64,000 bases of DNA from Gemmatimonadota bacterium (GTDB lineage: Bacteria > JBHIER01 > G020348925), in assembly GCA_020348925.1 (NCBI GenBank), contig CP070758.1, positions 4,897,775 through 4,961,774 of the forward strand, read 5' to 3'. Made by a program: the position numbers and the translations under genes. Of this stretch, positions 40,321 to 50,904 are shown in pieces. Position 1 is the first letter of the stretch. Each line of letters opens with the position of its first letter. The notes under the pieces are model-generated. The model made no database searches. It was not told the origin of the DNA and worked only from the letters and a program-made list of their open reading frames with translations.

Positions 40321-40608
40321 TTATTCGACGATTTCAAAAATTGTGTTGAATCCAGCATATCGGAACACATCTTTGATATGACCATTCATATTGATTAGTT
40401 TGAGACCGCCTCCTGTTTCTCGCAACTTTTTTTGGGTAAAAAGAAGGACCCCCAAACCTGCACTTGAAATATATTCCAAGTCTCGAAAATCGACCGTAAC
40501 CGAGGTGTTGAGTTGTTCAAAGACCCCTTTTGCTTTTGCCACCTGCGAGGCGTCGAATCTCCCGGCGAGGACAATGTGTCCGTTTTCATTCATTTCAATA
40601 GTCAGCAT
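40321..40608 (-). CDS. STAS anti-anti-sigma factor (RsbV-like)
   Basis: DF..LEYISSAGLGVL. Confidence 0.9.
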   Translation of the reverse strand: MLTIEMNENGHIVLAGRFDASQVAKAKGVFEQLNTSVTVDFRDLEYISSAGLGVLLFTQKKLRETGGGLKLINMNGHIKDVFRYAGFNTIFEIVE

Positions 40609-40609
40609 A

Positions 40610-41026
40610 TCACGTTTCCAGGTTTTTAATGATTGTTATTTTGCTTGTTCGATCACAGTACTCATAATCGATTTCATCTGCTATACATTTTACCAAGTGA
40701 ATGCCCAAACCTCCGACCTTTCTCTCTTCAATACATTGATTTGTATCGACCTCATCGACTTTCGTAATATCAAATGGTTCCACATCAAAATCGTTCAGAA
40801 TGAGTATGAGCTTGTTGTCGCTTCTCTGGATATGTATCAAAATATCGTTCGGACTCTCGGAGCTGTATTTGATCATATTTGTGAACAGTTCCTCAACGAT
40901 AAGGTCAATGTTCGAGGCTACCGAATGGGCCAGCTTGCTTTTCTTTTTAAACTCGTTGAGAAAGGCAAAAACGTTGTCCAGAGAGCTCATATCTCGTCTG
41001 AACTTTTTTTCCATCTGCACACTCAT
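40610..41026 (-). CDS. RsbW-like anti-sigma Ser kinase
   Basis: VEELFTNMIKY, PFD, GGLGIHLV. Confidence 0.9.
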   Translation of the reverse strand: MSVQMEKKFRRDMSSLDNVFAFLNEFKKKSKLAHSVASNIDLIVEELFTNMIKYSSESPNDILIHIQRSDNKLILILNDFDVEPFDITKVDEVDTNQCIEERKVGGLGIHLVKCIADEIDYEYCDRTSKITIIKNLET

Positions 41027-42351
41027 ATCACCTTCGCTGCAACTATAGCTATATCGTCGCTCTGGGGAGAATGATTCGTGAATACTCTGAGTTCATCTCT
41101 AATCCGATCGATAATACTTCCAGCCTTCTGTGAGGCGCTTTGCTCAACAGTCTCCAAGAGCCTCGACTCGTTAAACATTTCTCCCTGCACATTCATTGCC
41201 TCTGTAACGCCATCTGTGTAAACGAGAAAGAAATCTCCCTGATTCAAAGGAATTTGTCTCTCCACGTACACAGAATCCTTGGAAAATCCTAAAATGGGCC
41301 CCTGGCACTCGACCAACCGGACCGATTTGGATTGATGTGTGAAAGACAGAAGAGGATTGTGACCTGCGTTGGAAAATCGTAGAAGTCTTTTTTTCATGTC
41401 GAAAACCAGAAACGTCATTGTTACAAACATATCCCCTGGCATAATGGCCTCAAGGGTTGAATTGGTCTCCGAAATAACAAGATCTGCTGATGTGAAATTT
41501 TGAGTGGTGGCATACAAAATGCCCTTCACCATGGTCATAACCAGCGCAGCTGACGGTCCGTGTCCTGAGACATCCGCGATGACGATGCCGAACAGATCAT
41601 CGTCTAAATGAAAATAATCGTAATAATCCCCACTCACCTCCTCGGCCGGACTGAAGTAACTGGAAATTTCCAACCCTTCAACAGCGGGAACGTGCTTGGG
41701 TAAGAGCCCCAACTGGATATCGCGAGCCATTTCCAATTCATCCTCCATCCGTTTACACTGCAGGGCTTCTTCTTGAAGGTGTGAATTTCGGATGAGCTGA
41801 CCGGACTGTACAGCAATGATGGAGAGTAATCGCAGGTCATTGGAATTAAAGGAGTCAGAAGACTTCTTGTTCGTCACCGTAAGAATGCCGAGAAGCTCTC
41901 CCCTGAACCGAATCGGAACGCATAAGATGGATCGGATATTTTTCCGCTCCTGTTCGGTTATGACGAACCTCGGATCGTTAGATACGTTTTCCACCAAGAG
42001 GGGTTCCTGATGTTTGAGAACCCAACCGGTAAACGTGGCTCCCACTTTGTAGGTCAATGGCCGGCTCGTTCTGTCCGCTTGGCGGATGAGGGTTCTGAGA
42101 GGGGCATCGTCCTGCTCCGTAACAAGCAGAATGGATCCTTGTTCGGCTTTTACCGCTTTGATGGACTTCTCGACAATGATGTCCAGCATTTGATTCACTT
42201 CCATGGATGTACTTGCAGCAATGGCCAAATCGTTCAGGACTGTCAACTCCTCCACTGCGGATTTCAGCCTGCGAATCTCATTTTCCAAGTGAACAATTTT
42301 TCTATCGTTATCCATTTCAGCGCGCACCATACCACATTTTGATTCTTCCAT
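41023..42351 (-). CDS. GAF plus PP2C (RsbU/SpoIIE) phosphatase
   Basis: VSGDYYD, IADVSGHG, NAGHNP, YTDGVTEA, SDDIA. Confidence 0.92.
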   Translation of the reverse strand: MEESKCGMVRAEMDNDRKIVHLENEIRRLKSAVEELTVLNDLAIAASTSMEVNQMLDIIVEKSIKAVKAEQGSILLVTEQDDAPLRTLIRQADRTSRPLTYKVGATFTGWVLKHQEPLLVENVSNDPRFVITEQERKNIRSILCVPIRFRGELLGILTVTNKKSSDSFNSNDLRLLSIIAVQSGQLIRNSHLQEEALQCKRMEDELEMARDIQLGLLPKHVPAVEGLEISSYFSPAEEVSGDYYDYFHLDDDLFGIVIADVSGHGPSAALVMTMVKGILYATTQNFTSADLVISETNSTLEAIMPGDMFVTMTFLVFDMKKRLLRFSNAGHNPLLSFTHQSKSVRLVECQGPILGFSKDSVYVERQIPLNQGDFFLVYTDGVTEAMNVQGEMFNESRLLETVEQSASQKAGSIIDRIRDELRVFTNHSPQSDDIAIVAAKVI

Positions 42352-42590
42352 ACATTATTCTTGTCTCTTCTTCGGAAACCTCCGCTCAATAATCTCGCTC
42401 GTGTTTTTGCGGCTCTGTGCTTATATAACGGGTGTCCGTAACGTTGATCTTAATAATTGAAGCCGTTCATCCTACAAGGTGTGCATCGGAACACATGGAA
42501 GCACAGCATGAAGAAGTAGCACAGTTATGCTTCGATGCCTTCTGCGAATACGAGATTGCGTTTCAATCGAAAAGAACTTTCATCTTAATA

Positions 42591-42606
42591 TGCAATATTA
42601 CAGCCA
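42591..42606 (-). promoter_or_regulatory. sigma54 -24/-12 promoter
   Basis: TGGCTGTAATATTGCA (GG-N10-GC) upstream of the RsbU-like gene. Confidence 0.55.
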
Positions 42607-43327
42607 ATAAGCAATAGGTATTTCGCTAATCAGAGAGTTAAGAAGTTTTAACAAGTATGACTGACAATCTCATGGGTGAAGAACCTCATATGCACTGCCA
42701 ATCCCATTTATTGGCTTTCTATTCAACCTAAGTTATTCTTTTCGATTGAATATGTCAAGGGATTTCTGAGATCTCTTTGAAAGAAGAACGTCACCGTATA
42801 TTTGAAGCCGTGTGCCGAAAAAATCTGAGATTTTTAACTTGAGACAGAAAAAGTATGGAAACCTCTCTAAAATCAAATAGTAACCATACCTTTTCACGAC
42901 AATCCCGGGTGACAGTTTTCGACCTCCTTCCCCGTTTCCAAAAGCAGGGTTGCCTTCGCTCTGAAACAGATTCGATTCGGGGCAGCGGTCGCCCGCTTCC
43001 TGTTCAAAGGTTCGACCGATCCGTGGCCATATGACTTCGCACCACGTTGAGGCCTGCGCGACCCTTCGTCTCCCCGGCCCGCTGTGCTGTGAGCCTTTAA
43101 TACCGAATCCCTTTCGAACTTCAAATTATCCCAGTCTTTCGGAATTCCGCAACATCCCGAAAGGTGAACGGAAAACGTTCAATATTTCTGTACTATAGAA
43201 CAAGAAATCTGGGCTTGAGATTCCTGACAAAAGCCAACCATATGTATTTTATAATGATACATCGATGATCCCGATATGAAACTGCACGGGTTCTTCATCG
43301 AAGTTTCTGGATCCAGAGAGAATTGTA

Positions 43328-43379
43328 TTGACAAAAAAGTGGCCTCTCATTATATTTAAAATTGAGACTCATTTGCAAT
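43328..43379 (+). promoter_or_regulatory. sigma70 promoter plus Fur-box-like operator
   Basis: TTGACA-17-TATATT, then ATTGAGACTCATTTGCAAT (43361-43379). Confidence 0.7.
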
Positions 43380-43394
43380 TGGAGGTGAGATACG

Positions 43395-43880
43395 ATGAAT
43401 ACCGAGGAGAGAACGTTCGAGAGGTATTTACGCTCTCAGGGTTTGAAATTCACTGTCCAGCGGAAATTGATATTGAGAAAGGTGTTTGCAATGCACGACC
43501 ACTTTGAGGCGGATGATCTCGCCACAGAGTTCAGGCTGGAGGGGAAAAAGCTCTCTCGAGCCACAGTCTATCGTACATTGCCCTTGTTGGTCCAATGCGG
43601 TTTGATCAGAGAGGTCCAATTCGGTGAGAATCATGCCCATTACGAACAGACTATGGGCCATCAGCATCACGATCATTTGATCTGTGTCACGTGCGGGAAA
43701 GTGGTTGAGTTCTGCGATGATTCCATCGAACAACTCCAGGACGACGTCTGCGCGAAACACGGTTTTCAGCTTGAATCCCATAGTTTGGAAATTAAAGGGT
43801 ACTGCAATCATTGTTGGAAACGAATATGCAGTTCGGCTTCAAGTGTGTCAACGAGAGACGATGAAGAGAGAGCGAGGTAA
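43395..43880 (+). CDS. fur: Fur-family regulator
   Basis: SRATVYRTL, HHDHLIC..CG, C..C. Confidence 0.92.
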   Translation: MNTEERTFERYLRSQGLKFTVQRKLILRKVFAMHDHFEADDLATEFRLEGKKLSRATVYRTLPLLVQCGLIREVQFGENHAHYEQTMGHQHHDHLICVTCGKVVEFCDDSIEQLQDDVCAKHGFQLESHSLEIKGYCNHCWKRICSSASSVSTRDDEERAR

Positions 43881-43883
43881 TTC

Positions 43884-44132
43884 ATGAGCCCAACCAGATA
43901 CATATCGCTGCCTCACTTGCGGGTGGGGCAAAGCGGGACGGTTAAAGAAATAACCGGGGGCTCTGGCGTTGTCAAAAAATTGACAGCGTTAGGCCTGAGA
44001 CCGGGTCAGATCGTTACGAAACGAGATTCTGTTTTTACGCGAGGCCCGGTCGTGCTGAAAGTCAACAATACGCAAATGGCCATCGGCTATGGCATGGCCC
44101 AGAAGGTGTTGGTGGAGGTCGAGGAAGAGTGA
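43884..44132 (+). CDS. feoA: Ferrous iron transport protein A
   Basis: L..LGL.PG, GPV, AIGYGMA.KV.V. Confidence 0.92.
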   Translation: MSPTRYISLPHLRVGQSGTVKEITGGSGVVKKLTALGLRPGQIVTKRDSVFTRGPVVLKVNNTQMAIGYGMAQKVLVEVEEE

Positions 44133-45838
44133 AACGTGTGCTTCTCATGGGAAATCCCAATGTAGGGAAAAGCGTGGTCTTTTCCAGGCTCACGGGTGTC
44201 AACGTGGTTTCGTCCAATTATCCCGGAACGACGGTGGGTTATACCAGGGGACATATGCATATCGGCAGCGAGAGAGTAGAGATCGTCGATGTTCCAGGGG
44301 CCTATACCTTGGACCCGACGTGCAAGGCCGAAGAGGTGGCGGTCGAAATGCTCCTGGAGGGAGACCTTGTCATGAACATCGTCGATGCCACCAATCTTGA
44401 GAGAAATCTTTTTCTCACCCTCCAGCTCTTAGAGAAGGACATTCCCCTGCTTCTCGCCCTGAACATCTGGGACGAGGCGCGACACAGGGGGATCCATATT
44501 GACGTCGAGAAACTGGAGGCAATACTCGGTGTACCGATTGTCCCAACCGTGGCCGTGTCCGGGGAAGGTATCAAGGAGTTGGTTTCACGATTGCCCGAGG
44601 CCAGGGTCGCCCGGCGACCCTCCGCCACTTCCGATGAGCTTTGGTCTGAGATCGGCAGAATAACGGCTGAGGTTCAAACCATCACCCACCGCCATCATAC
44701 GTGGAGGGACAGATTTGAGGAGGCCAGCATCAAACCGATAACTGGCATCCCGATTGCGCTGACCATGATCTTACTGGTGTTTACCTTTGTGCGCCTTGTC
44801 GGGGAAGGATTGATTGCGTACCTCTTCGAGCCTCTTTTCCATGATGTGTACGCACCGCTGTTAATGAAAATTGGTTCTCTGTTGGGCTCAGGTGGAATTG
44901 TCCATGACGTTGTCGTCGGTACATTGATTGATGGCCGCATAGATTTTGAGCTCTCTTTTGGCGTTTTAAGCACAGGCCTTTTCGTGCCACTGGGCATTGT
45001 TCTGCCTTACGTCTTTGCCTTCTATTTCGCATTAGGATTTCTGGAGGATCTTGGATATCTGCCCCGACTGGCCGTATTGACCGATAATTTCATGCATCGA
45101 TTGGGACTGCACGGGTACGCCATCATTCCAAACGTTCTCGGTCTTGGGTGCAATGTTCCCGGAATACTGGCCACGCGTATCTTGGAGAGCAAGAGAGAGC
45201 GATTCATTGCAGCGACCATCATGGCCATCGGTGTTCCCTGCGCGGCGCTGCAGGCCATGATTTTGGGATTGGTCGGGGAGCGGGGTGTCCGGTATGTGGC
45301 CGTCGTCTATGGCACGCTCTTTCTCGTATGGTTTTTGTTGGGTTTCATATTGAATAGAGTTCTCAAGGGATTCTCTCCTGAGATTCTCACCGAGATTCCT
45401 CCGTACCGGTTTCCTCCTTTTCGCATCCTCCTTAGAAAACTTTGGTATCGACTGTCCAATTTCCTTCGTGAAGCGATCCCTTTCGTTCTCTTGGGAGTTC
45501 TTCTGATCAACGTTCTGTTTGTGTTCAAAATCATGAACGCAATCGCCACACTCACCGCTCCTGTCATTCGTGGAATCTTCGGTTTGCCGGAAGAAGCCAT
45601 CTCTGTTCTCGTAATAGGCTTCTTACGCAAAGATATAGCCGTGGGCATGCTGGGCCCCCTGAACCTCTCTACGAAACAGTTGGTAGTGGGAACCACGGTC
45701 CTGTCCATCTACTTTCCTTGCGCGGCCACATTCATCATTTTGCTGAAAGAACTCGGATTGAGAGGGATGCTCAGATCGGCAGGCATTATGATACTTGTGG
45801 CCATCACAGTGGGTGGACTGCTCAACTTGATTTTGTAG
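44129..45838 (+). CDS. feoB: Ferrous iron transporter B
   Basis: GNPNVGKS, NYPGTTV, DVPG.Y, LED.GYLPR, GCNVP. Confidence 0.95.
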   Translation: MKRVLLMGNPNVGKSVVFSRLTGVNVVSSNYPGTTVGYTRGHMHIGSERVEIVDVPGAYTLDPTCKAEEVAVEMLLEGDLVMNIVDATNLERNLFLTLQLLEKDIPLLLALNIWDEARHRGIHIDVEKLEAILGVPIVPTVAVSGEGIKELVSRLPEARVARRPSATSDELWSEIGRITAEVQTITHRHHTWRDRFEEASIKPITGIPIALTMILLVFTFVRLVGEGLIAYLFEPLFHDVYAPLLMKIGSLLGSGGIVHDVVVGTLIDGRIDFELSFGVLSTGLFVPLGIVLPYVFAFYFALGFLEDLGYLPRLAVLTDNFMHRLGLHGYAIIPNVLGLGCNVPGILATRILESKRERFIAATIMAIGVPCAALQAMILGLVGERGVRYVAVVYGTLFLVWFLLGFILNRVLKGFSPEILTEIPPYRFPPFRILLRKLWYRLSNFLREAIPFVLLGVLLINVLFVFKIMNAIATLTAPVIRGIFGLPEEAISVLVIGFLRKDIAVGMLGPLNLSTKQLVVGTTVLSIYFPCAATFIILLKELGLRGMLRSAGIMILVAITVGGLLNLIL

Positions 45839-45867
45839 AATATGGCGATATGTAAGGTGAAGATACG

Positions 45868-47613
45868 ATGAGTTCACACGGGTTAAAAAATCGACAGAGA
45901 GGACCCCCCGGGCGCACATTTGGCGAGGATTATCGGACGCTGTCCCATCGCATATTCTCCCTGGCAAACCGCGGTGTTTTAAGAATCGATTTTATGCGAA
46001 AAGTCTTAAAAATGCTTTTCACCTTTACCGAATGCGATGCGGTCGAGTTGCGACTGAAGGAACGCGACACGTACTACCGATGTGAATTCACAGATGATCC
46101 CAAGGCTTCTTTTCATTTTGAGATTCTTCCCACCATGCGCGATAATAAGGGAAAGATCATATACCGTTCCCATGAAGATTCTGACTTGGAACGACTGTGC
46201 ACGGATGTGATTCAGGGCCGGATACACCCTTCGGTATCTCTTTGTACAAAGAGCGGAAGTTTTTGGACTGGAGACGCAGAACATCCTGTGACATTAGCTC
46301 TAACGAATGATGAACAGGAGCGAATTTATAATCTTGGTGAACATTACCGGTCACTCGCCCTGATTCCCTTCGTGATTGAAGAGGAGAATATAGGGCTTTT
46401 GCAGTTGAACAGCAAGAAAAAGGACTTTTTCAGTCAGGATGATATTGAACTCTACGAAGGTGTCGCCCAAACCCTCGGTGTGGCTCTTCTGGATAGAAGA
46501 GCCCAGGTAGCCCTGCGCGAACGCGTCAAGGAGTTGACGTGTCTCTACGGTATTGCTCAACTGGTGGCGCAACCTGATATGACCATCGAGAAAATTATGC
46601 AGGGTATAGTGGAGATCCTGCCCCCGGCTTGGTTATATCCTGATGCTGCCGCGGCACGAATTCTTTTCGATGGTCATTCGTATACATCATCTGGATTCCA
46701 GCAGGGGTGCCATCGTCAACTCTCGGATATCATGGTCGATGAAGAGAAACGGGGTACGATCGAAGTGACATATTCTGAGGAGAAACCTGAGCTTGATGAG
46801 GGACCGTTTCTTCGAGAAGAACGTAATCTCCTCGATACTGTTGCAAAAGAGATAGGTTTTGTTGTCATCCGAAAGCGAGCCGAAACGGAGAGTACGAAAC
46901 TTCAGGAACAGCTCAGACATGCAGATAGGTTGGCGACTATCGGTCAGCTCGCTGCAGGTGTTGCACACGAATTAAATGAACCCCTTGGCAATATTCTTGG
47001 ATTCGCCCAGCTCATTGGGAAAGACGCGCAGCTTGCAGAACAAATCAGGCATGACATAGAGAGAATAGAAAAGGCTTCTTTACATGCACGGGAAGTTATC
47101 AAAAAATTGATGACCTTCGCTCGTCAAACACCACCACAAAAGGGGACGGTGAATGTGAACAGATTGGTCGCAGAGGGGCTTTCATTTATTGAGTCCCGGT
47201 GTGCCAAGGAGGGGGTCGAGTTGGAGCGGATTCTTTCCCCGGTCGTTCAAGAGATCAAAGGCGACCAGTCACAACTGCACCAGGTCTTAGTCAATCTTGT
47301 TGTGAACGCTATCCAGGCCATGCCGGAAGGTGGGAAATTGACCATTCGGACAACGCAGACTGAGAGCTCTGTCGTACTCATCGTTGAGGATACCGGCAGC
47401 GGTATGACTGAGGACGTGATGAGACAGATATTCGTTCCGTTCTTTACGACCAAGGATGTCGGCCAGGGGACAGGCTTGGGATTAGCTGTCGTTCATGGCA
47501 TTGTGACATCGCACGAGGGCACAATAAACGTCGAGAGCAAGGTCGGACACGGAACTCGGTTTGAGGTTCGTTTGCCAGTAGGAGAACCGCACGATTACAG
47601 GAAAGGCGATTGA
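45868..47613 (+). CDS. GAF-domain sensor histidine kinase
   Basis: AHELNEPL, NL..NA, DTGSG, PFFTTK..G.GTGLGL. Confidence 0.93.
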   Translation: MSSHGLKNRQRGPPGRTFGEDYRTLSHRIFSLANRGVLRIDFMRKVLKMLFTFTECDAVELRLKERDTYYRCEFTDDPKASFHFEILPTMRDNKGKIIYRSHEDSDLERLCTDVIQGRIHPSVSLCTKSGSFWTGDAEHPVTLALTNDEQERIYNLGEHYRSLALIPFVIEEENIGLLQLNSKKKDFFSQDDIELYEGVAQTLGVALLDRRAQVALRERVKELTCLYGIAQLVAQPDMTIEKIMQGIVEILPPAWLYPDAAAARILFDGHSYTSSGFQQGCHRQLSDIMVDEEKRGTIEVTYSEEKPELDEGPFLREERNLLDTVAKEIGFVVIRKRAETESTKLQEQLRHADRLATIGQLAAGVAHELNEPLGNILGFAQLIGKDAQLAEQIRHDIERIEKASLHAREVIKKLMTFARQTPPQKGTVNVNRLVAEGLSFIESRCAKEGVELERILSPVVQEIKGDQSQLHQVLVNLVVNAIQAMPEGGKLTIRTTQTESSVVLIVEDTGSGMTEDVMRQIFVPFFTTKDVGQGTGLGLAVVHGIVTSHEGTINVESKVGHGTRFEVRLPVGEPHDYRKGD

Positions 47614-47614
47614 A

Positions 47615-48964
47615 ATGGCAACACTCAGTACAAAAGAAAAGATACTCGTCGTGGATGATGCTCTTGATACGCTTGAGGTGCTGGAGAGAAATCTGTCCTC
47701 AAAAGGGTATCAGGTATTGACAGCCACAAGCGTCCCAGAAGCACTTCAAATACTGGACGAGAGGCCCATTGACCTGGTTATAACAGACCTGAAAATGCCC
47801 GGGGTCAGCGGTCTCGATTTGGTGCGGCATGTCCGTGAGAACATGAAAAATATCGAAGTGATGATGATTACCGGCTACGCGACAATCGAAGGCGCGGTGG
47901 AGGCGGTGAAGACGGGAGCCGAGGAATATCTTGCGAAACCATTCACAGATGAGGAATTGTTCGATTCTGTCCGACGCGCACTCAACAAGCTCCATCTCCG
48001 AAAGGCCAATCAGATAGAGCCGCGACCGGAATTTGCCGTTTATCCGCATTTTATCGGTAAGTCGAAACCTGTGCGCAAAGTCTTTCATGATATCGCCAAA
48101 GCTGCTTCTACTTCGGCCACCGTACTCATAACCGGGGAGAGCGGGACGGGAAAAGAGCTCACTGCCAGAGCCATTCACTATAACAGCCCAAGAGCATCGG
48201 CTCCCTTTGTCCCCGTCAATTGCGGTGGAATCCCCGAAGGATTGCTCGAAAGCGAATTGTTCGGACATGTCAAGGGAGCCTTCACTGGCGCCCACGAGAC
48301 TCGGGCAGGATTCTTCCAAACGGCGGACGGGGGCACGATATTTCTCGATGAGATCAGTGATACGATCCCTTCTATGCAAGTGAAGCTCCTTCGGGTTTTG
48401 GAGGATAAGGAGGTGTGCATGGTTGGGTCAAGCAAACCGCGCAAAGTGGATGTACGCATCGTTGCTGCTACGAATAAAGATCTCCTCAATTTAGTACAAA
48501 AGGGTACATTCAGGGAAGATCTTTTTTACAGGCTCAATGTGATCACTATCTTTATGCCCCCACTCAGGGAAAGAGGGGATGACGTATTGCTCTTAATTCA
48601 TCGTTTTGCATCCAGATTTTCTGAAGCATCTGGAAAACCGGTCCCCACGTTCTCCGATGATGCCTTGGAAGTACTGCGGAATTATCAGTGGCCTGGAAAT
48701 GTGAGAGAGCTGGAAAACGTCATTCAACGGCTCGTCGTCATGATCGAGAGTGACGTTATTCGGATCCCTGACCTCCCGTCGCTCATGCGGTTCTCTGCCC
48801 CGCGCGATACAGGGCTCAACAGGACTCTGGCCGAAGTGGAGGTGGAGCACATCCGGAATGTCCTGGCGAGTGTGGAGGGTAACAAAACCAGAGCCGCAGA
48901 GATCCTTGGGATTGACCGGAAGACACTTCGCGAAAAACTGAAGTTTCAAAGCGGACCATCATAA
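47615..48964 (+). CDS. NtrC-family sigma54-dependent response regulator
   Basis: REC domain, GESGTGKE, GAFTGA, WPGNVREL, Fis-type HTH. Confidence 0.96.
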   Translation: MATLSTKEKILVVDDALDTLEVLERNLSSKGYQVLTATSVPEALQILDERPIDLVITDLKMPGVSGLDLVRHVRENMKNIEVMMITGYATIEGAVEAVKTGAEEYLAKPFTDEELFDSVRRALNKLHLRKANQIEPRPEFAVYPHFIGKSKPVRKVFHDIAKAASTSATVLITGESGTGKELTARAIHYNSPRASAPFVPVNCGGIPEGLLESELFGHVKGAFTGAHETRAGFFQTADGGTIFLDEISDTIPSMQVKLLRVLEDKEVCMVGSSKPRKVDVRIVAATNKDLLNLVQKGTFREDLFYRLNVITIFMPPLRERGDDVLLLIHRFASRFSEASGKPVPTFSDDALEVLRNYQWPGNVRELENVIQRLVVMIESDVIRIPDLPSLMRFSAPRDTGLNRTLAEVEVEHIRNVLASVEGNKTRAAEILGIDRKTLREKLKFQSGPS

Positions 48965-48979
48965 TCACCGCTTCAGCAC

Positions 48980-49182
48980 TGGGGAGAATTTCCTCAATGG
49001 TTCATTTCTCCCCGACACCTCTCCCAGAATCCTTTGATATACCTGAACATTCTCATTTTTCCATCAAAAAATACATTCCTATAATCACTTAATTTGAATA
49101 TACTTACGAAAATACATTTCATTCTGAATGGTTCCCAGCTCCTTAAAAGCAACGATAGAACGAGATTGGTATGAGTTTCGCA
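48980..49182 (+). promoter_or_regulatory. Putative enhancer sites and sigma54 promoter of the dehydrogenase gene
   Basis: TGGGGAGAATTTCCTCA and TGGTTCATTTCTCCCC (48980-49013); TGGTATGAGTTTCGCA (49167-49182). Confidence 0.6.
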
Positions 49183-49251
49183 ATACTGTTCGGTGAGAAT
49201 GTTCGTAAGATATGATTGTTGTACTCATACAAACGAAAGGAGCGACAGACA

Positions 49252-50904
49252 ATGGCAACCGAATCGGAATTACGAGAGGCAGAAAAGAAGCGTGGACCGA
49301 GTATCCGCCGAAAGGAGAGAAGTGCGGACGAGGTGATAACAACTCCTCTTCCAGAAAAACCTCATGCGGAAGTCCGAGAGAAGAAGGAGGTAAAACCTAT
49401 TCAGAAGAGGAATGCGTGGAAACTTCTTTATGCACCTCATCCGCCCCGAGCCGATCAAATGAGCGGTTCTGCGACAGTTTCATCTTCCGCTCAGGTTGAA
49501 GCTGAGGAGAAAATATCTCGTGGATTGTGTGTGAATTGCAGAAAGGATGAAACGTGTACCCTTCCGAAACCCGAAGGGGGCGTTTGGCGGTGTGAGGAGT
49601 ATGAGCATAAAACGATCACAGCCGCAGAAATTGACGCAGAGATTTGTGAAAGTAAAAGCGTCTACGACAATGTCGTCTGGCAATTCAATAAAGCTGCCGA
49701 ATTAATGGAACTTGATCCTAATATTCGGAGAATTTTAGCAACGACGACCAACGAAATTGTTGTCCACTTCCCCGTAAAACTGGACAGCGGTCGCATTGAG
49801 ATGTTCACAGGATATCGCGTACAGCACAATAATGCTCTGGGCCCGTTCAAAGGAGGTCTTCGATTCCATCCGTCTGTGAACATCGATGAGGTTCGAGCAT
49901 TGGCCACCTGGATGACGTGGAAGGGCGCAATAACCAACATCCCCTTCGGTGGGGCCAAGGGAGGAATCCAGATAGATCCCTCCAAATACACGACTTCGGA
50001 GTTGGAGCGGATCACCCGTAGGTTCACTTTCTCTCTGGGCAACAATATAGGACCTGAGTATGACATTCCGGCTCCAGATGTGAATACGAATGCCCAGATC
50101 ATGGCCTGGATACTGGACACCTATCTCTCGACGATGCCTCCACTCGATAGACAGCGCTGCGGCCATGTGGTCACCGGTAAACCCATCGAATCAGGTGGAA
50201 GCCTGGGACGCAACAAGGCCACAGGCCAAGGTGTGGTCTACACTATTGAAGAGTGGGCTAAGGATCATGATTTTCCCCTGAAAGGGGCGACATACACTGT
50301 GCAGGGTTTCGGAAACGTCGGTTCATGGGCGGCACGCTTACTGAAACCCCACGGCTCCAGACTCATCGCGGTTGAGGATGTGACAGGAGCGATCTTCAAC
50401 GTGGAGGGTATCGACCCTGACGATCTTGCAGACTATGTCGAATTGAATAAAGGCGTATCCGGTTATCTCAAGGCCGAATCGATTGATCACGAGACGTTCC
50501 TGAGTACAAAAGCCGACATTTTCATCCCCTCGGCATTGGAGAATCAGATTACGGCAGAGACTGCGCCAATGCTCAATGTGAAACTTGTTGCCGAGGGTGC
50601 CAACGGTCCGACGGATCCTGAAGGAGATATCATTCTTCGGAGGGAAGGTATCGGTGTTCTGCCTGATATTCTGTGCAACTCCGGAGGGGTCATCGTCAGC
50701 TACTTTGAATGGCTTCAGAACAAGCGCAGCGAATTCTGGGACCTGGAAGAAGTGGATAGCAAGCTTCATAAAAAGATCGTCAACGCCTACAAAGCGGTGC
50801 GGAGCATTGTCGGGGAATACGATACCGACTGGCGCACCGCTGCTTACATAGTCGCCCTGCTTCGTCTGGAAATGTGCTACAAGGAACGAGGAATATTCCC
50901 GTAA
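49252..50904 (+). CDS. Glu/Leu/Phe/Val dehydrogenase with N-terminal Cys-containing extension
   Basis: GPFKGGLR, GGAKGG, PAPDVNT, QGFGNVG, EGANGP, SYFEW.QN. Confidence 0.93.
   Translation: MATESELREAEKKRGPSIRRKERSADEVITTPLPEKPHAEVREKKEVKPIQKRNAWKLLYAPHPPRADQMSGSATVSSSAQVEAEEKISRGLCVNCRKDETCTLPKPEGGVWRCEEYEHKTITAAEIDAEICESKSVYDNVVWQFNKAAELMELDPNIRRILATTTNEIVVHFPVKLDSGRIEMFTGYRVQHNNALGPFKGGLRFHPSVNIDEVRALATWMTWKGAITNIPFGGAKGGIQIDPSKYTTSELERITRRFTFSLGNNIGPEYDIPAPDVNTNAQIMAWILDTYLSTMPPLDRQRCGHVVTGKPIESGGSLGRNKATGQGVVYTIEEWAKDHDFPLKGATYTVQGFGNVGSWAARLLKPHGSRLIAVEDVTGAIFNVEGIDPDDLADYVELNKGVSGYLKAESIDHETFLSTKADIFIPSALENQITAETAPMLNVKLVAEGANGPTDPEGDIILRREGIGVLPDILCNSGGVIVSYFEWLQNKRSEFWDLEEVDSKLHKKIVNAYKAVRSIVGEYDTDWRTAAYIVALLRLEMCYKERGIFP

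Noticed and set aside
42895-42960. c-di-GMP-I riboswitch or tmRNA call
   Set aside because: Only partial motif resemblance; no proper P2 stem and no tRNA-like ends. Kept only as an unassigned candidate RNA.
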